Shown here: piece by piece, positions 14,705 through 23,082 of the stretch
How positions within the stretch are numbered: position 1 is the stretch's first letter
How the letters are laid out: each line of letters begins with the position of its first letter
From: Pyrobaculum calidifontis JCM 11548
GTDB taxonomy: Archaea; Thermoproteota; Thermoprotei; Thermoproteales; Thermoproteaceae
Direction: 5' to 3'
NCBI RefSeq assembly: GCF_000015805.1
Contig: NC_009073.1
Coordinates: forward strand, 1,440,001 to 1,472,000
DNA: 32,000 nt
Notes under the pieces: model-generated
Databases searched by the model: none
Told to the model about the DNA's origin: nothing
The model's input: only the letters and a program-made list of their open reading frames with translations
Program-made: the position numbers and the translations under genes

Positions 14705-15090
14705 GCAACTGGCACTACTCTTACGTACTTCAGCCCCCTTCTTAAGAGACTTATAGATCTGACGAGCTCCTCCACCCTACTCGCGTCGCCGAGCACGTGT
14801 AGAACCTCTGCGCAGTGCCTCTCGTCCAAGTGTATATGGGTTGTCACCCTGATTATGTCTCTATACTCGTGCTGTATTTCCGTAAGCGTCTTATCCACCT
14901 CTCCCACTCTGTGGTCATATACCACTATCACTAAGGCGAAGTTACTAACGCCTTGTCCCAACTCTTTCAAGGCCTCTCTCACCAAGTTCGCCAAAAACCT
15001 AGACCTATTGCTCTCGCCTAACTTCACCATTGCTCTATTGAGCTGGTTATAGAGATCTTCGTCGATTGTTATAGAGATCCTTTTCACCAC
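14698..15090 (-). CDS. nikR: Nickel-responsive regulator NikR
   Basis: RHH domain (KRISITIDEDLYNQL...NRSRFL) plus the C-terminal Ni site THIHLDERHC (H-x-H-x5-C) and an upstream QHEY His. The start is taken at GTG 15090 (or 15087), 20 nt downstream of the hypF stop. The ORF-track ATG at 15147 would overlap hypF. Confidence 0.8.
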   Translation of the reverse strand: MVKRISITIDEDLYNQLNRAMVKLGESNRSRFLANLVREALKELGQGVSNFALVIVVYDHRVGEVDKTLTEIQHEYRDIIRVTTHIHLDERHCAEVLHVLGDASRVEELVRSISLLRRGLKYVRVVPVAY

Positions 15091-15109
15091 GTATTGTTTA
15101 GCGCTACTT

Positions 15110-17347
15110 TTAATTTTCAATGTATGACACAAAGTATGCTTGTCCAACTGCTATGCCTCCATCGCCAAGAGGTATTCTTTTCGGCAGTATAGGCCTTTTC
15201 CCCAACGCCGTAGTTATTCCGCGTATTATGAAGTCGTTAACGGCGGCGCCGCCGCCCACTACCACGTGCTCTACGCCTTCGGACTCTGCGGCAGTTCTCG
15301 CCGCCTCGCCTAACGCCTTGCCCAAGGAGAGCTGCGCCGTAAGCGCTATGTCCTTGGGAGAGGCCCTTAGGTTTACGACCTCGGCGAAGAATTCTACAAC
15401 GTCGATTTCCCGCCCCTTTATTCCTATTTCCACGGGTAGCGAGGTGCCTCCTCTGGCGAAATCTTCGAGCATAATTGCGGGCTCTCCCTCGTAGGTCCTC
15501 TCCCAGCTCACCCCCAGGAGGGCCGACACAGCGTCAAGAAATCTGCCCACGCTGGAGGTCTTAAGCGGGTGCGGCACCATCCGCGCCACAGCCATTAGCT
15601 CGTCTACGCCCCACCTAAGCCTGTTTTGAAGCCCAAAACGCAACGCCGCCTCCACTCCCTCGCCCGGCCCCAGAGCCTCCACTAAATACGCCACGGCCAT
15701 TCTGGCTGGCCACTTCGTGGAAACGTCTCCGCCCGGCATAGATACGTACCTCAAGTGGTAGAGCCTCTTGAAACGCGCCCCCTCGACCAGCAACACTTCG
15801 CCGCCCCACACCTGTCCATCGTCGCCGTATCCCACGCCGTCTATTGCCACAGCCACAAAGGGGCCGTCTATGCCTGCGTCGGCTGCCACAGCCAGGGCGT
15901 GGGCGTAGTGGTGCTGTACTTGTAGCACCTCAGACTTGTCGTCCCAGCTCTCGCAGAGCCTTTTGCTAACATACGCCGGGTTTTTGTCGCAAACTGCCAC
16001 CACGTCCTTGAGCTTGTACTGTTGGGCAAACCACTTAAGCTCTCTCTCAAGCTCCTCCGCAGCGCTTAAGTCATCTAAGTCGCCTATGTACTGAGTGGGC
16101 ACAATCTTGTCCTCAAATGCCACTGCCCCCGCAGTCGCTAAATCTGCGCCAAAGGCCACTACATCCCGGCGCAACCTCCGCTTGACTCTAATCCATCTGG
16201 GGGCGTAGCCCCTAGACCTCCGTATAAACACCAACTCCCCATCTGTAAACCTCAGCACAGAGTCGTCCGTTCTGTGGACAATCTCTAAGTTGTGTATGAG
16301 GATGTAGTCGGCGAGCTTCTGCTCTATCACACACTCCTCGCTTGTGCAAGTGGGGCGCCCGTGGCGGTTTGCGCTTGTCATAATTAGGAAGCCCGCTCCC
16401 TGGAGAAGCTCGTAGTGATACGCCGTGTATGGGAGGAAGACTCCCTCCACGGATAGGCCGGGAGAGACCCACTTTGAGACTGGGCTACCCTCCCTCTTGG
16501 GCAAAAGCAAGATGGGCCTCTGAGGCGACTTTAAAATCGCCAGGGCCTCGTCGCTTAAGTGGACAAGCTTTGGCAAAACCTCCTCCAGGGACATTACGGC
16601 GAAGGGCTGACGCTTCCTCATTTTCCTCTCCCTAAGCTTTAACACAACGTCGTCGTTGTCTGCGAGGGCAGCCAAGTGGAAGCCCCCAGTGGATTTAACA
16701 GCTACAATGTAGCCCTCTTTCACGAGCTTGGCCACCTCAGCGATAGAGGGGTCTCTCTCGACGACTCTCCCCCCGCCGTCTAGTAGCGTAAACCTGGGCC
16801 CACAATGTTGACAGGAGATCCCCTGGTAGTAAAACCTCCTTAAACCGCCCTTGTCCAAACTATTGTACTCCTCTCTGCAGACGGGACACATGGCGAAGTT
16901 GCCCCAAGACGTCCTTTCTCTGTCGTAAGGCAGAGATCGCATGACTGAGAACCGCGGGCCACACCAGCTACAAGAGATGAAGTAGTAGCCAGCCCTCCTG
17001 GAGCCCCCCTTAAACTCCTTAAGACATGCGTCGCAAATGGCGAAGTCAGGCGGAATCTCAGACCTAACGACTTGCGCCTCGCCGCTCTTCAAAATTTCAA
17101 ACGACTTGTAGCCAGCCGGCTCCACCTTCTCCACCTTCACCTCCTCCAACTCTATAACCGCGGGACGCTTGTGGAGAAGCTCTTCCACGAAGTGCTCCAC
17201 GTCGCCTCCCTCGGCCCAAATCTCCACCTCGCCGCCTCCCATGTTTCTCACATAGCCGGTTACTCCATATTTCTCGGCTAGGTGAAAGATGAAAGGTCTA
17301 AAGCCAACCCCTTGGACAACGCCAATAACTGTTATCCTGTAGGCCAC
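15110..17347 (-). CDS. hypF: [NiFe] hydrogenase maturation carbamoyltransferase HypF
   Basis: Acylphosphatase domain (VQGVGFRPF), two CxxC...CxxC zinc-finger pairs, a YrdC-like segment and a Kae1-like C-terminal domain. 745 aa, GTG start. Confidence 0.95.
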   Translation of the reverse strand: MAYRITVIGVVQGVGFRPFIFHLAEKYGVTGYVRNMGGGEVEIWAEGGDVEHFVEELLHKRPAVIELEEVKVEKVEPAGYKSFEILKSGEAQVVRSEIPPDFAICDACLKEFKGGSRRAGYYFISCSWCGPRFSVMRSLPYDRERTSWGNFAMCPVCREEYNSLDKGGLRRFYYQGISCQHCGPRFTLLDGGGRVVERDPSIAEVAKLVKEGYIVAVKSTGGFHLAALADNDDVVLKLRERKMRKRQPFAVMSLEEVLPKLVHLSDEALAILKSPQRPILLLPKREGSPVSKWVSPGLSVEGVFLPYTAYHYELLQGAGFLIMTSANRHGRPTCTSEECVIEQKLADYILIHNLEIVHRTDDSVLRFTDGELVFIRRSRGYAPRWIRVKRRLRRDVVAFGADLATAGAVAFEDKIVPTQYIGDLDDLSAAEELERELKWFAQQYKLKDVVAVCDKNPAYVSKRLCESWDDKSEVLQVQHHYAHALAVAADAGIDGPFVAVAIDGVGYGDDGQVWGGEVLLVEGARFKRLYHLRYVSMPGGDVSTKWPARMAVAYLVEALGPGEGVEAALRFGLQNRLRWGVDELMAVARMVPHPLKTSSVGRFLDAVSALLGVSWERTYEGEPAIMLEDFARGGTSLPVEIGIKGREIDVVEFFAEVVNLRASPKDIALTAQLSLGKALGEAARTAAESEGVEHVVVGGGAAVNDFIIRGITTALGKRPILPKRIPLGDGGIAVGQAYFVSYIEN

Positions 17348-17403
17348 GCCTTGCTCCGTTCCATATTTTTAAAACATTTAAAACATAGTGTTGATCAAGT
17401 TCA
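17348..17403. promoter_or_regulatory. 56-bp bidirectional hypF / hypC promoter region
   Basis: A tandem tttaaaaca-tttaaaaca element (17366-17385) supplies A/T boxes about 22-24 nt from both start codons. A perfect palindrome TTGATCAA (17391-17398) sits at the expected hypC transcription start. Confidence 0.5.
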
Positions 17404-17751
17404 ATGTGTTGGGCCGTGCCCGCCGTCGTCCAAAAGATAGAGGGAGACACCGTGTGGGTTGACATAGGCGACGGGGTCCCTCGCCCCGCTGTTTTGGGGA
17501 TAAGCGACGCTAGAGTTTCGCCAGGAGACTTCGTCTTAGTACATGCGGGGGTCGTCATCTCCGTCTTAGACTTCAACGCCATCGAAGAGTTCAAAAAGAA
17601 CTACGTAGAACTCTTCACAGAGCTAGCCGCAGCCTCGGGGGAAGATGTAGAAAAGGTGCGCGAAGAGGTGGAAAAAAGCTTCGAGGAGTGGCTAAAGACG
17701 GCTAGGGAGAGAGCCTTGGAAAAACAACAGAACCAATACGCAGTTTGGTAA
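17404..17751 (+). CDS. hypC: Hydrogenase maturation chaperone HypC with an extended helical C-terminal tail
   Basis: N-terminal MCWAVPAVV (the essential Cys2) and an OB-fold core ending VLVHAGVVISVLD. An extra ~45-aa Glu/Lys-rich tail follows. Confidence 0.85.
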   Translation: MCWAVPAVVQKIEGDTVWVDIGDGVPRPAVLGISDARVSPGDFVLVHAGVVISVLDFNAIEEFKKNYVELFTELAAASGEDVEKVREEVEKSFEEWLKTARERALEKQQNQYAVW

Positions 17752-17779
17752 CTATATAAGGGAGCAGCGGGAGCTGGAC

Positions 17780-19051
17780 ATGGCCACCTATTGCGTAGGC
17801 TGTGTAGACCCCACCTCTCCGCCAAAGGACTGTTGGAGTTGCACCACTATTCAGAACAGGATAAAGGTGGCCGAGTTCCTCTTCCGGAAAAATATCAAAA
17901 TGACAGCGCAACTGAAGGATTTAATCGCCAAGTATGCTGAGTACTTAAAGAACAAATATGGAAGAGATTACGTCTTCAAGATCATGGACTTCTGTGGGAC
18001 ACACGAGTGGACAATTGTGCATTTTGGGCTTAGGAGTCTTGTTCCCAAAAACGTCGAGCTAGTGCCTGGTCCTGGCTGCCCCGTCTGCGTCGTCCCCTCT
18101 TACTACATAGAGGAGGCAATAAAGCTAGCGCTAGACGGCGTAGTTATATACACATACGGCGATGCGTATAGACTGCCCGCCATAAGGCCTGTCAAGGGGG
18201 TGAAGTCGCTTGCAGAGGCTAAGGCGCAGGGCGCCGACGTCAAAGTGGTGTCCCACATACTCCAAGCAATTTCGCTGGCAACTCACAACAAGAAACCCGG
18301 CATGTTTCTGGGAATAGGCTTTGAGACCGTGGCGCCGGGCTATGCCGTGGCGATCTTAGACGGGAAAATCCCAGAGAACTTGAAGATTATGAGCTTGGTG
18401 AAGTTGACGCCGCCCGCTGCTTACTTGGCCATAGACACGATAAGGGAAAAGCCGACGGACTTCCCCATCATGGGCGTCATAGCGCCTGGCCACGTGTCAA
18501 CGATAATAGGGGCAAAGGCATGGACCCCCATCGCTGAGAATTTTGGAATCCCTGTGGTAGTCGCAGGGTTTGAGCCCAACGATGTGTTGTTTGCAATAGC
18601 CGAGGTCTTAAGACAGTTGAAGAATGGGGAGAGCAAAGTCGTAATAGAGTACACGAGGGCGGTTACTTGGGACGGTGACCTAAAGGCCCAGGCGGCCATT
18701 AGGAAGACGTTTAAGACCGTGGACACGGCGTGGAGAGGCATAGGGTTTATACCAAAGTCAGGCCTAGCGCTAAGAGAGGAGTATGCCAACATAGACGCAA
18801 TGCTCCACTTCGGAATACCCGAGCTTAAGCCAGAGGCGTGGAGAAAGGACCTGCCCCTAAACTGCAGATGTGCAGAGGTCAACTTGGGCAAGGCCAAGCC
18901 TACAGACTGCCCGCTCTTCATGAAGGCGTGTACCCCCGACAGGCCCATAGGGCCCTGCATGGTGTCTATGGAGGGCGCATGCGCCGTGTGGGCGAGGTTC
19001 GGAGGCGGAGGACTCGCAGATGATGTGGCAAGAGAGCTCGGCATTATATGA
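17780..19051 (+). CDS. hypD: Hydrogenase maturation protein HypD
   Basis: FCGTHEW, GPGCPVCV, GFETVAP, PGHVSTIIG and the C-terminal Cys cluster CRC...C...C...PC are present. The start is ambiguous. ATG 17780 has a tatataa box about 22 nt upstream and adds a CxxC-x9-CxxC segment. ATG 17900 would give a conventional length. Confidence 0.9.
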   Translation: MATYCVGCVDPTSPPKDCWSCTTIQNRIKVAEFLFRKNIKMTAQLKDLIAKYAEYLKNKYGRDYVFKIMDFCGTHEWTIVHFGLRSLVPKNVELVPGPGCPVCVVPSYYIEEAIKLALDGVVIYTYGDAYRLPAIRPVKGVKSLAEAKAQGADVKVVSHILQAISLATHNKKPGMFLGIGFETVAPGYAVAILDGKIPENLKIMSLVKLTPPAAYLAIDTIREKPTDFPIMGVIAPGHVSTIIGAKAWTPIAENFGIPVVVAGFEPNDVLFAIAEVLRQLKNGESKVVIEYTRAVTWDGDLKAQAAIRKTFKTVDTAWRGIGFIPKSGLALREEYANIDAMLHFGIPELKPEAWRKDLPLNCRCAEVNLGKAKPTDCPLFMKACTPDRPIGPCMVSMEGACAVWARFGGGGLADDVARELGII

Positions 19052-19551
19052 GACTAGTCTACGGCCCCGTCTCCATAGCGCAAGTGGGGAAATTTGGATG
19101 GAGAATCTGCGCCTCCACGTGCATATGCATAGACGGGGGCTGTGAAAACGCGTTTATCACACACCCCCACCACTACGATGGCCAAGGCGCCTCTGCGCCA
19201 AACAGCCTTGAGTCGGTAAAATTGGGCGAGTGGGAAGTTGTGCCAGTGCCCGTCTACGACATTAAGAAGGGCCAAAGGGGGTACGGCTACGTCATAAGAG
19301 GGCCCGCCTCTATATTTATCACGGGCGACAGCGATTTAACGCAGGAGCTAGTAAAGGTGAAAAACGTGGATATCCTCATAATCGCCATGGGGGATCGGGG
19401 GACTATGACGCCAGAGGAGGCGGCAGACGCAGTGATGTCCATAAGGCCTAAGATAACAATCCCCTATCACTACGCGGCGAGGAGTCAATACGCCCTCTTC
19501 AGAGACTTGGCCCAGCCCTACACCCAAATAGCGGCGATATGGAGAGGATAG
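19048..19551 (+). CDS. Short metallo-beta-lactamase-fold (Lactamase_B_3/UPF0173-like) protein embedded in the hyp operon
   Basis: ATGA overlap with hypD and a 13-nt overlap with hypE. AFITHPHHYD (cf. THGHGDH), GYVIRGPASIFITGDSDL and VDILIIAMGDRGTMTPEEAADAVMSIRPKITIPYHY parallel the UPF0173-type MBL layout. The protein is only 167 aa. Confidence 0.5.
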   Translation: MRLVYGPVSIAQVGKFGWRICASTCICIDGGCENAFITHPHHYDGQGASAPNSLESVKLGEWEVVPVPVYDIKKGQRGYGYVIRGPASIFITGDSDLTQELVKVKNVDILIIAMGDRGTMTPEEAADAVMSIRPKITIPYHYAARSQYALFRDLAQPYTQIAAIWRG

Positions 19552-20558
19552 TCCTAGCCCACGGAGCAGGCGGAGTAGAGACAAGCGAAATTCTACAGAG
19601 GCTGATATTCTCCAAGGTGCCCCCCGGGCTTAAGAAAGTGGAGGGGGGCGTGGGGATCGATTTCCCCGACGACGCCGCCGCGATACCCGTCGGCGACGGC
19701 TACATAGTGGTAACCACGGACTCCTACACTGTGAGCCCGCCCTACTTCTCCGGGGGCAACATAGGCACGTTGGCTGCCAGCGGGACTATAAACGACGTAG
19801 TTATGATGGGGGCGCGGCCAATAGCGGCGCTTGACGCCATAATAGTCGAGGAGGGCTTCCCCGTCAAAACCTTAGAAGACATTGTGGAGTCTATGATTTC
19901 AATTTTCACGAAGGAAGGCGTGGCCCTCATAGGAGGCGATTTTAAGACTATGCCAAAGGGGCAGATAGATGGCGTTGTGATAACCACCGTGGGCATAGGG
20001 ATCTCAAAAGGCCCTGTGATAGTGGACAAGCCCAGAGAGGGGGATAAGATAGTGGTGACAGACTTCGTCGGCGACCATGGCGGAGTCATCCTGGCAAATA
20101 GGCTGGGACTAGAGGCGAATATCATAAGTGACGTAAAGCCGTTGACGAACCTCCTTCCCGTTTTAGAGAAATATAGGCCGTATATACACGCGGCAAGGGA
20201 TCCGACAAGGGGCGGCCTTGCCATGGTGTTAAATGACTGGGCAAAAGCCACAGACACCGTCATCGTGATAGACCAGGGCAGAGTAAAGGTGCGCGACTCC
20301 ACGAGAGCTATAGCAGATATGGCGGGCATAGATCCGTTGTACTTGGCGTCAGAAGGCGTAGCAGTCTTGGCAGTGGATACAACAGTAGCGGAGGAAGTCG
20401 TAGAAGAGCTCAAAAAGGCAGGATTCCCCGAGGCATATATAGCAGGCGAAGTTAGAAAGAGCGAAAAATACAGGGGCATTGTGCTCGCCAGAACGGAGGT
20501 CGGGGGATATAGGATATTGGAGACGCCACGGGGAGAGCTAGTCCCCAGAATTTGCTAA
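19539..20558 (+). CDS. hypE: Hydrogenase maturation protein HypE (carbamoyl dehydratase)
   Basis: PurM-like fold motifs (LAHGAGG, DD.A). The hallmark C-terminal PRIC motif is at the very end (ELVPRIC*). Confidence 0.9.
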   Translation: MERIVLAHGAGGVETSEILQRLIFSKVPPGLKKVEGGVGIDFPDDAAAIPVGDGYIVVTTDSYTVSPPYFSGGNIGTLAASGTINDVVMMGARPIAALDAIIVEEGFPVKTLEDIVESMISIFTKEGVALIGGDFKTMPKGQIDGVVITTVGIGISKGPVIVDKPREGDKIVVTDFVGDHGGVILANRLGLEANIISDVKPLTNLLPVLEKYRPYIHAARDPTRGGLAMVLNDWAKATDTVIVIDQGRVKVRDSTRAIADMAGIDPLYLASEGVAVLAVDTTVAEEVVEELKKAGFPEAYIAGEVRKSEKYRGIVLARTEVGGYRILETPRGELVPRIC

Positions 20559-20588
20559 AGCTTATAAAGTAAAATTATCAAACTATAT

Positions 20589-20993
20589 ATGCACGAATAC
20601 TCTCTCGCCTTTTCCATAGTCCAGTCTGTAGACAAATGGGCTAGGGAGGTGGGTGTATATGTCAAGAGGGTTGTTGTGTCTGTGCCCTCTGTGGCAATGC
20701 TCGACTTAGGTATCCTCCAAGAGGCATACGACATGTTGAAGAGGGAGTCTAGGCTTGAGAACTCAAAGCTTGAGGTTAAAGTCAAGAGCCCCACTTTTAA
20801 ATGCCGTAGGTGCGGCTATACTTTCACAGATCGTGAAACGCCGCTTGAGGAAGTAAGGAGGAAGTACGGCGAGGAGTACCCGTTGCATTTGATACCTGAG
20901 CTGACACCGACCTTCATTAAGTGCCCTAGATGTGGGTCTAACGACATTGAGGCAGACCTCTCAATAAAGGTAGAGGAGGTGGAGACGGCATGA
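20589..20993 (+). CDS. hypA: Hydrogenase nickel-insertion protein HypA
   Basis: N-terminal MHE nickel site and two CxxC pairs (CRRCGY, CPRCGS). The A/T box cttataaag lies about 23 nt upstream. Confidence 0.85.
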   Translation: MHEYSLAFSIVQSVDKWAREVGVYVKRVVVSVPSVAMLDLGILQEAYDMLKRESRLENSKLEVKVKSPTFKCRRCGYTFTDRETPLEEVRRKYGEEYPLHLIPELTPTFIKCPRCGSNDIEADLSIKVEEVETA

Positions 20994-21715
20994 GGCCCAT
21001 ACTTGACTTAGCGAGAGAGAAGCTTAAGGGCAAGAGGGTATTCGCCGTGTTGAGCGGCAAAGGCGGCGTGGGCAAGAGCATCGTGGCGGCGTTTTGGGCC
21101 ATGGCTTTGCCCAAATCGGCGCTTATAGATCTGGACCTTTTCAACATGTCTACTGTGAAGCTCTTCGGCGTAGAGAAGTTGCACGAGGTAGATAAGGAGG
21201 GGATAAAGCCGTTTGAAGTAGACGGCGTTAAGTTCTTCAGCCTCGGCGGAATTGTGGGAGATAGATGGGTGGTGTTGCCTGGAGCAAATGAGGGAAATGT
21301 AGCAGAGGCGCTTTTGGCCTTCGCAGATTTGACGGGAGTAGAAAACGTGGTAGTGGACATGCCGCCCGGCACAGGGGAGGTATTGCTCACCTTGGTTAGG
21401 GTAACCCCCTTTACGCCCATCGTGGTCACTACGCCGTCTCGTGCAGCAGTTAGCGTAGTGAGGCAGCTAATGGACTATCTACAAGAGCAGTCGATTATCC
21501 CAGAGGTGTTAGTAATAAACATGGCGTACCTAATGTGCAAGGGAGAGAAAATACACCCGTTTGGCTGGCCAAAGGAGCTCGAAGATCTAAAGTCAAGAGT
21601 TAAGCGTGTATTAGAGCTCCCACTAGACCCATCGCTCGAGGACTACGTTGGCGTCTTGGCCAAGTACAAGGGGGAAGTGTTTCAAGCGGTGAAAAAGTTC
21701 GTAGAATATGTCTGA
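20990..21715 (+). CDS. hypB: Mrp/MinD-family ATPase, ATPase-type HypB
   Basis: ATGA overlap with hypA and a deviant Walker A (SGKGGVGKS). The position directly after hypA matches the Thermococcales arrangement, where a Mrp/MinD ATPase replaces the GTPase HypB. Confidence 0.7.
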   Translation: MRPILDLAREKLKGKRVFAVLSGKGGVGKSIVAAFWAMALPKSALIDLDLFNMSTVKLFGVEKLHEVDKEGIKPFEVDGVKFFSLGGIVGDRWVVLPGANEGNVAEALLAFADLTGVENVVVDMPPGTGEVLLTLVRVTPFTPIVVTTPSRAAVSVVRQLMDYLQEQSIIPEVLVINMAYLMCKGEKIHPFGWPKELEDLKSRVKRVLELPLDPSLEDYVGVLAKYKGEVFQAVKKFVEYV

Positions 21716-22016
21716 GCTCTTAGTCGACGACGGCGTTGTTCCCCGTAAGCTATCTATACCAGTGTTAATAAAAGGTCTAAAAGACATTAGGAAGAGCTAT
21801 CTAGAGTGCCTCAACGGCAAGAAGCCGGAGATTTGCTACGCCATCGCAGTCAACAGCCTGGTGGAGATGTTCGGCTCATTGCTTCCCAGAGTGATACACT
21901 CCCCCGATTTGCGCTACTACATCATAGTTGGCGTAGAAGAATTATTGGTTTATGACGCAGATCAAGAGAAGTACAACACACTCCCCGTAGACAAAGCCGT
22001 TGAAAACCTCCTATGA
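21708..22016 (+). CDS. Hypothetical protein (102 aa), hyp-operon member
   Basis: It overlaps hypB by 8 nt and the next gene by 4 nt (ATGA). No recognisable motif. Confidence 0.45.
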   Translation: MSELLVDDGVVPRKLSIPVLIKGLKDIRKSYLECLNGKKPEICYAIAVNSLVEMFGSLLPRVIHSPDLRYYIIVGVEELLVYDADQEKYNTLPVDKAVENLL

Positions 22017-22474
22017 TGATCCTCGTAATAGGCCATCTCCTAAAATCCGACTGCGCCGTTGGTCTCAGAGTAGGCGAACTGTTAAAAGAGGCCGGCATAC
22101 AAGTGTACGAGCTAAGCGGAGACCTCTTCGCCATGGTCGACGAATTTAATAAACTTAGCCCAAAGAGGGCTGTAGTGGTTGGAGCCGCAAAGAGGGGCAG
22201 GCCCCCCGGCACAATAACCGAGTACCTGTTCAAGCCGTACAAGTTCAAGGACGAGTTTGACATACTAGAGGCGATGAGACCCTCGCTGGAGGGGAGAATT
22301 TCCCTGGAGGACTTTTTAGTTGGGCTAAGCGTCTTGGGGACTGTAGCCGAGGAAATCTACGTCATTGAGTGCGAGCCCTATTCTATAGCTCCTGGGGTTG
22401 GGCTTACGTCAGGCGGAGAGCAGTGCGCTAGGGAAATCGCAAGGCGCATTTTAGAGCGCTATGTGCAAAGTTGA
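22013..22474 (+). CDS. Hydrogenase maturation endopeptidase-like protein with substituted metal ligands
   Basis: MMILVIGHLLKSDCAVGLRVGELL parallels the HybD/HycI N-terminus (ILVLG.GN.L..D.G.G). By eye alignment, the three Ni/Cd-ligand positions (Glu/Asp16, Asp62, His93 in HybD) read Cys, Gly/Ala and a non-His residue here. Confidence 0.5.
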   Translation: MMILVIGHLLKSDCAVGLRVGELLKEAGIQVYELSGDLFAMVDEFNKLSPKRAVVVGAAKRGRPPGTITEYLFKPYKFKDEFDILEAMRPSLEGRISLEDFLVGLSVLGTVAEEIYVIECEPYSIAPGVGLTSGGEQCAREIARRILERYVQS

Positions 22475-22733
22475 AGACGCCTACTTGGAGGTGTTGAGGA
22501 AAGTCGTAGAGCTTGAGCCCACAAACTTTTACCGCGTTTACAAGGCGGTTAATGCCCCCCTTGCCACAGTCTGGAGGAGAATACAGCGGTTGAAGCAAGA
22601 TGCGTTTGTGACTGAGGATAAATATGGGGCCTTGATGACCACGGACAAGGCGAAGATTATACTTGCAGTAAACGGCGACGTCAAAAGTGCCATTTACCTG
22701 GAAAAAAGACTGGCGTCAAGCGAGACGATTTAG
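22461..22733 (+). CDS. Small winged-helix DNA-binding protein (putative regulator)
   Basis: 90 aa. YLEVLRKVVELEPTNFYRVYKAVNAPLATVWRRIQRLKQDAFV fits an HTH plus recognition helix. It overlaps the upstream gene by 14 nt. Confidence 0.5.
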   Translation: MCKVEDAYLEVLRKVVELEPTNFYRVYKAVNAPLATVWRRIQRLKQDAFVTEDKYGALMTTDKAKIILAVNGDVKSAIYLEKRLASSETI

Positions 22734-22766
22734 TAAAAATATTTGCCAAGATATGTGAATGTATAG

Positions 22767-22807
22767 ATATTGCGAAATTCATATTGCACGATATAAAGGA
22801 TATTGCG
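22767..22807 (+). promoter_or_regulatory. Three direct copies of ATATTGC(G/A) in an AT-rich spacer
   Basis: ATATTGCG at 22767, ATATTGCA at 22781 and ATATTGCG at 22800, plus atatttgcc at 22737. The repeats lie immediately after the wHTH gene and about 280 nt upstream of the hydrogenase small-subunit gene. Confidence 0.4.
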
Positions 22808-23047
22808 AGAGGAATTCCGCTTTCGCTCTTTCTACAGTTCAAAGACTCCGAGCTTGAGCCCTCGGCAGCTAAGCTATTGTTATACGCGTACCCCGTAATC
22901 GAAATCCCTTCCCTCGGAGAGTACTTGATAGACCACGGCGTATTAGTAGCTGCAAAGTGTAGGCTCTGCCAAGGCGAGAGGGCTGAGCTTTTGCCCAAGT
23001 GCAACCTCTGGCAACGAATCATTGAGGGCCGTTTTTCAAAAAGCTGA
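22784..23047 (+). CDS. Hypothetical ORF (87 aa), uncertain
   Basis: TTG-initiated ORF in the ORF track with lower GC than its neighbours. It has a C-x2-C...C motif (KCRLCQGERAELLPKC). No family was recognised. Confidence 0.25.
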   Translation: MHDIKDIARGIPLSLFLQFKDSELEPSAAKLLLYAYPVIEIPSLGEYLIDHGVLVAAKCRLCQGERAELLPKCNLWQRIIEGRFSKS

Positions 23048-23082
23048 AAATATAGTTTTTAAGAAATGAGCAAGAGAAGGCT

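Noticed and set aside
15091-15147. ORF-track start of nikR at 15147
   Set aside because: It would overlap the hypF 3' end by 38 nt and add 19 residues before the ribbon-helix-helix strand. GTG 15090/15087 directly precedes KRISITIDEDL and lies after the hypF stop.
18421-20479. Long antisense ORFs inside hypD (18421-19044, 207 aa) and hypE (19742-20479, 245 aa)
   Set aside because: They lie entirely opposite genes with unmistakable HypD/HypE motifs. Their low-complexity Ser/Pro/Ala/Thr-rich composition is typical of shadow ORFs in GC-rich DNA.
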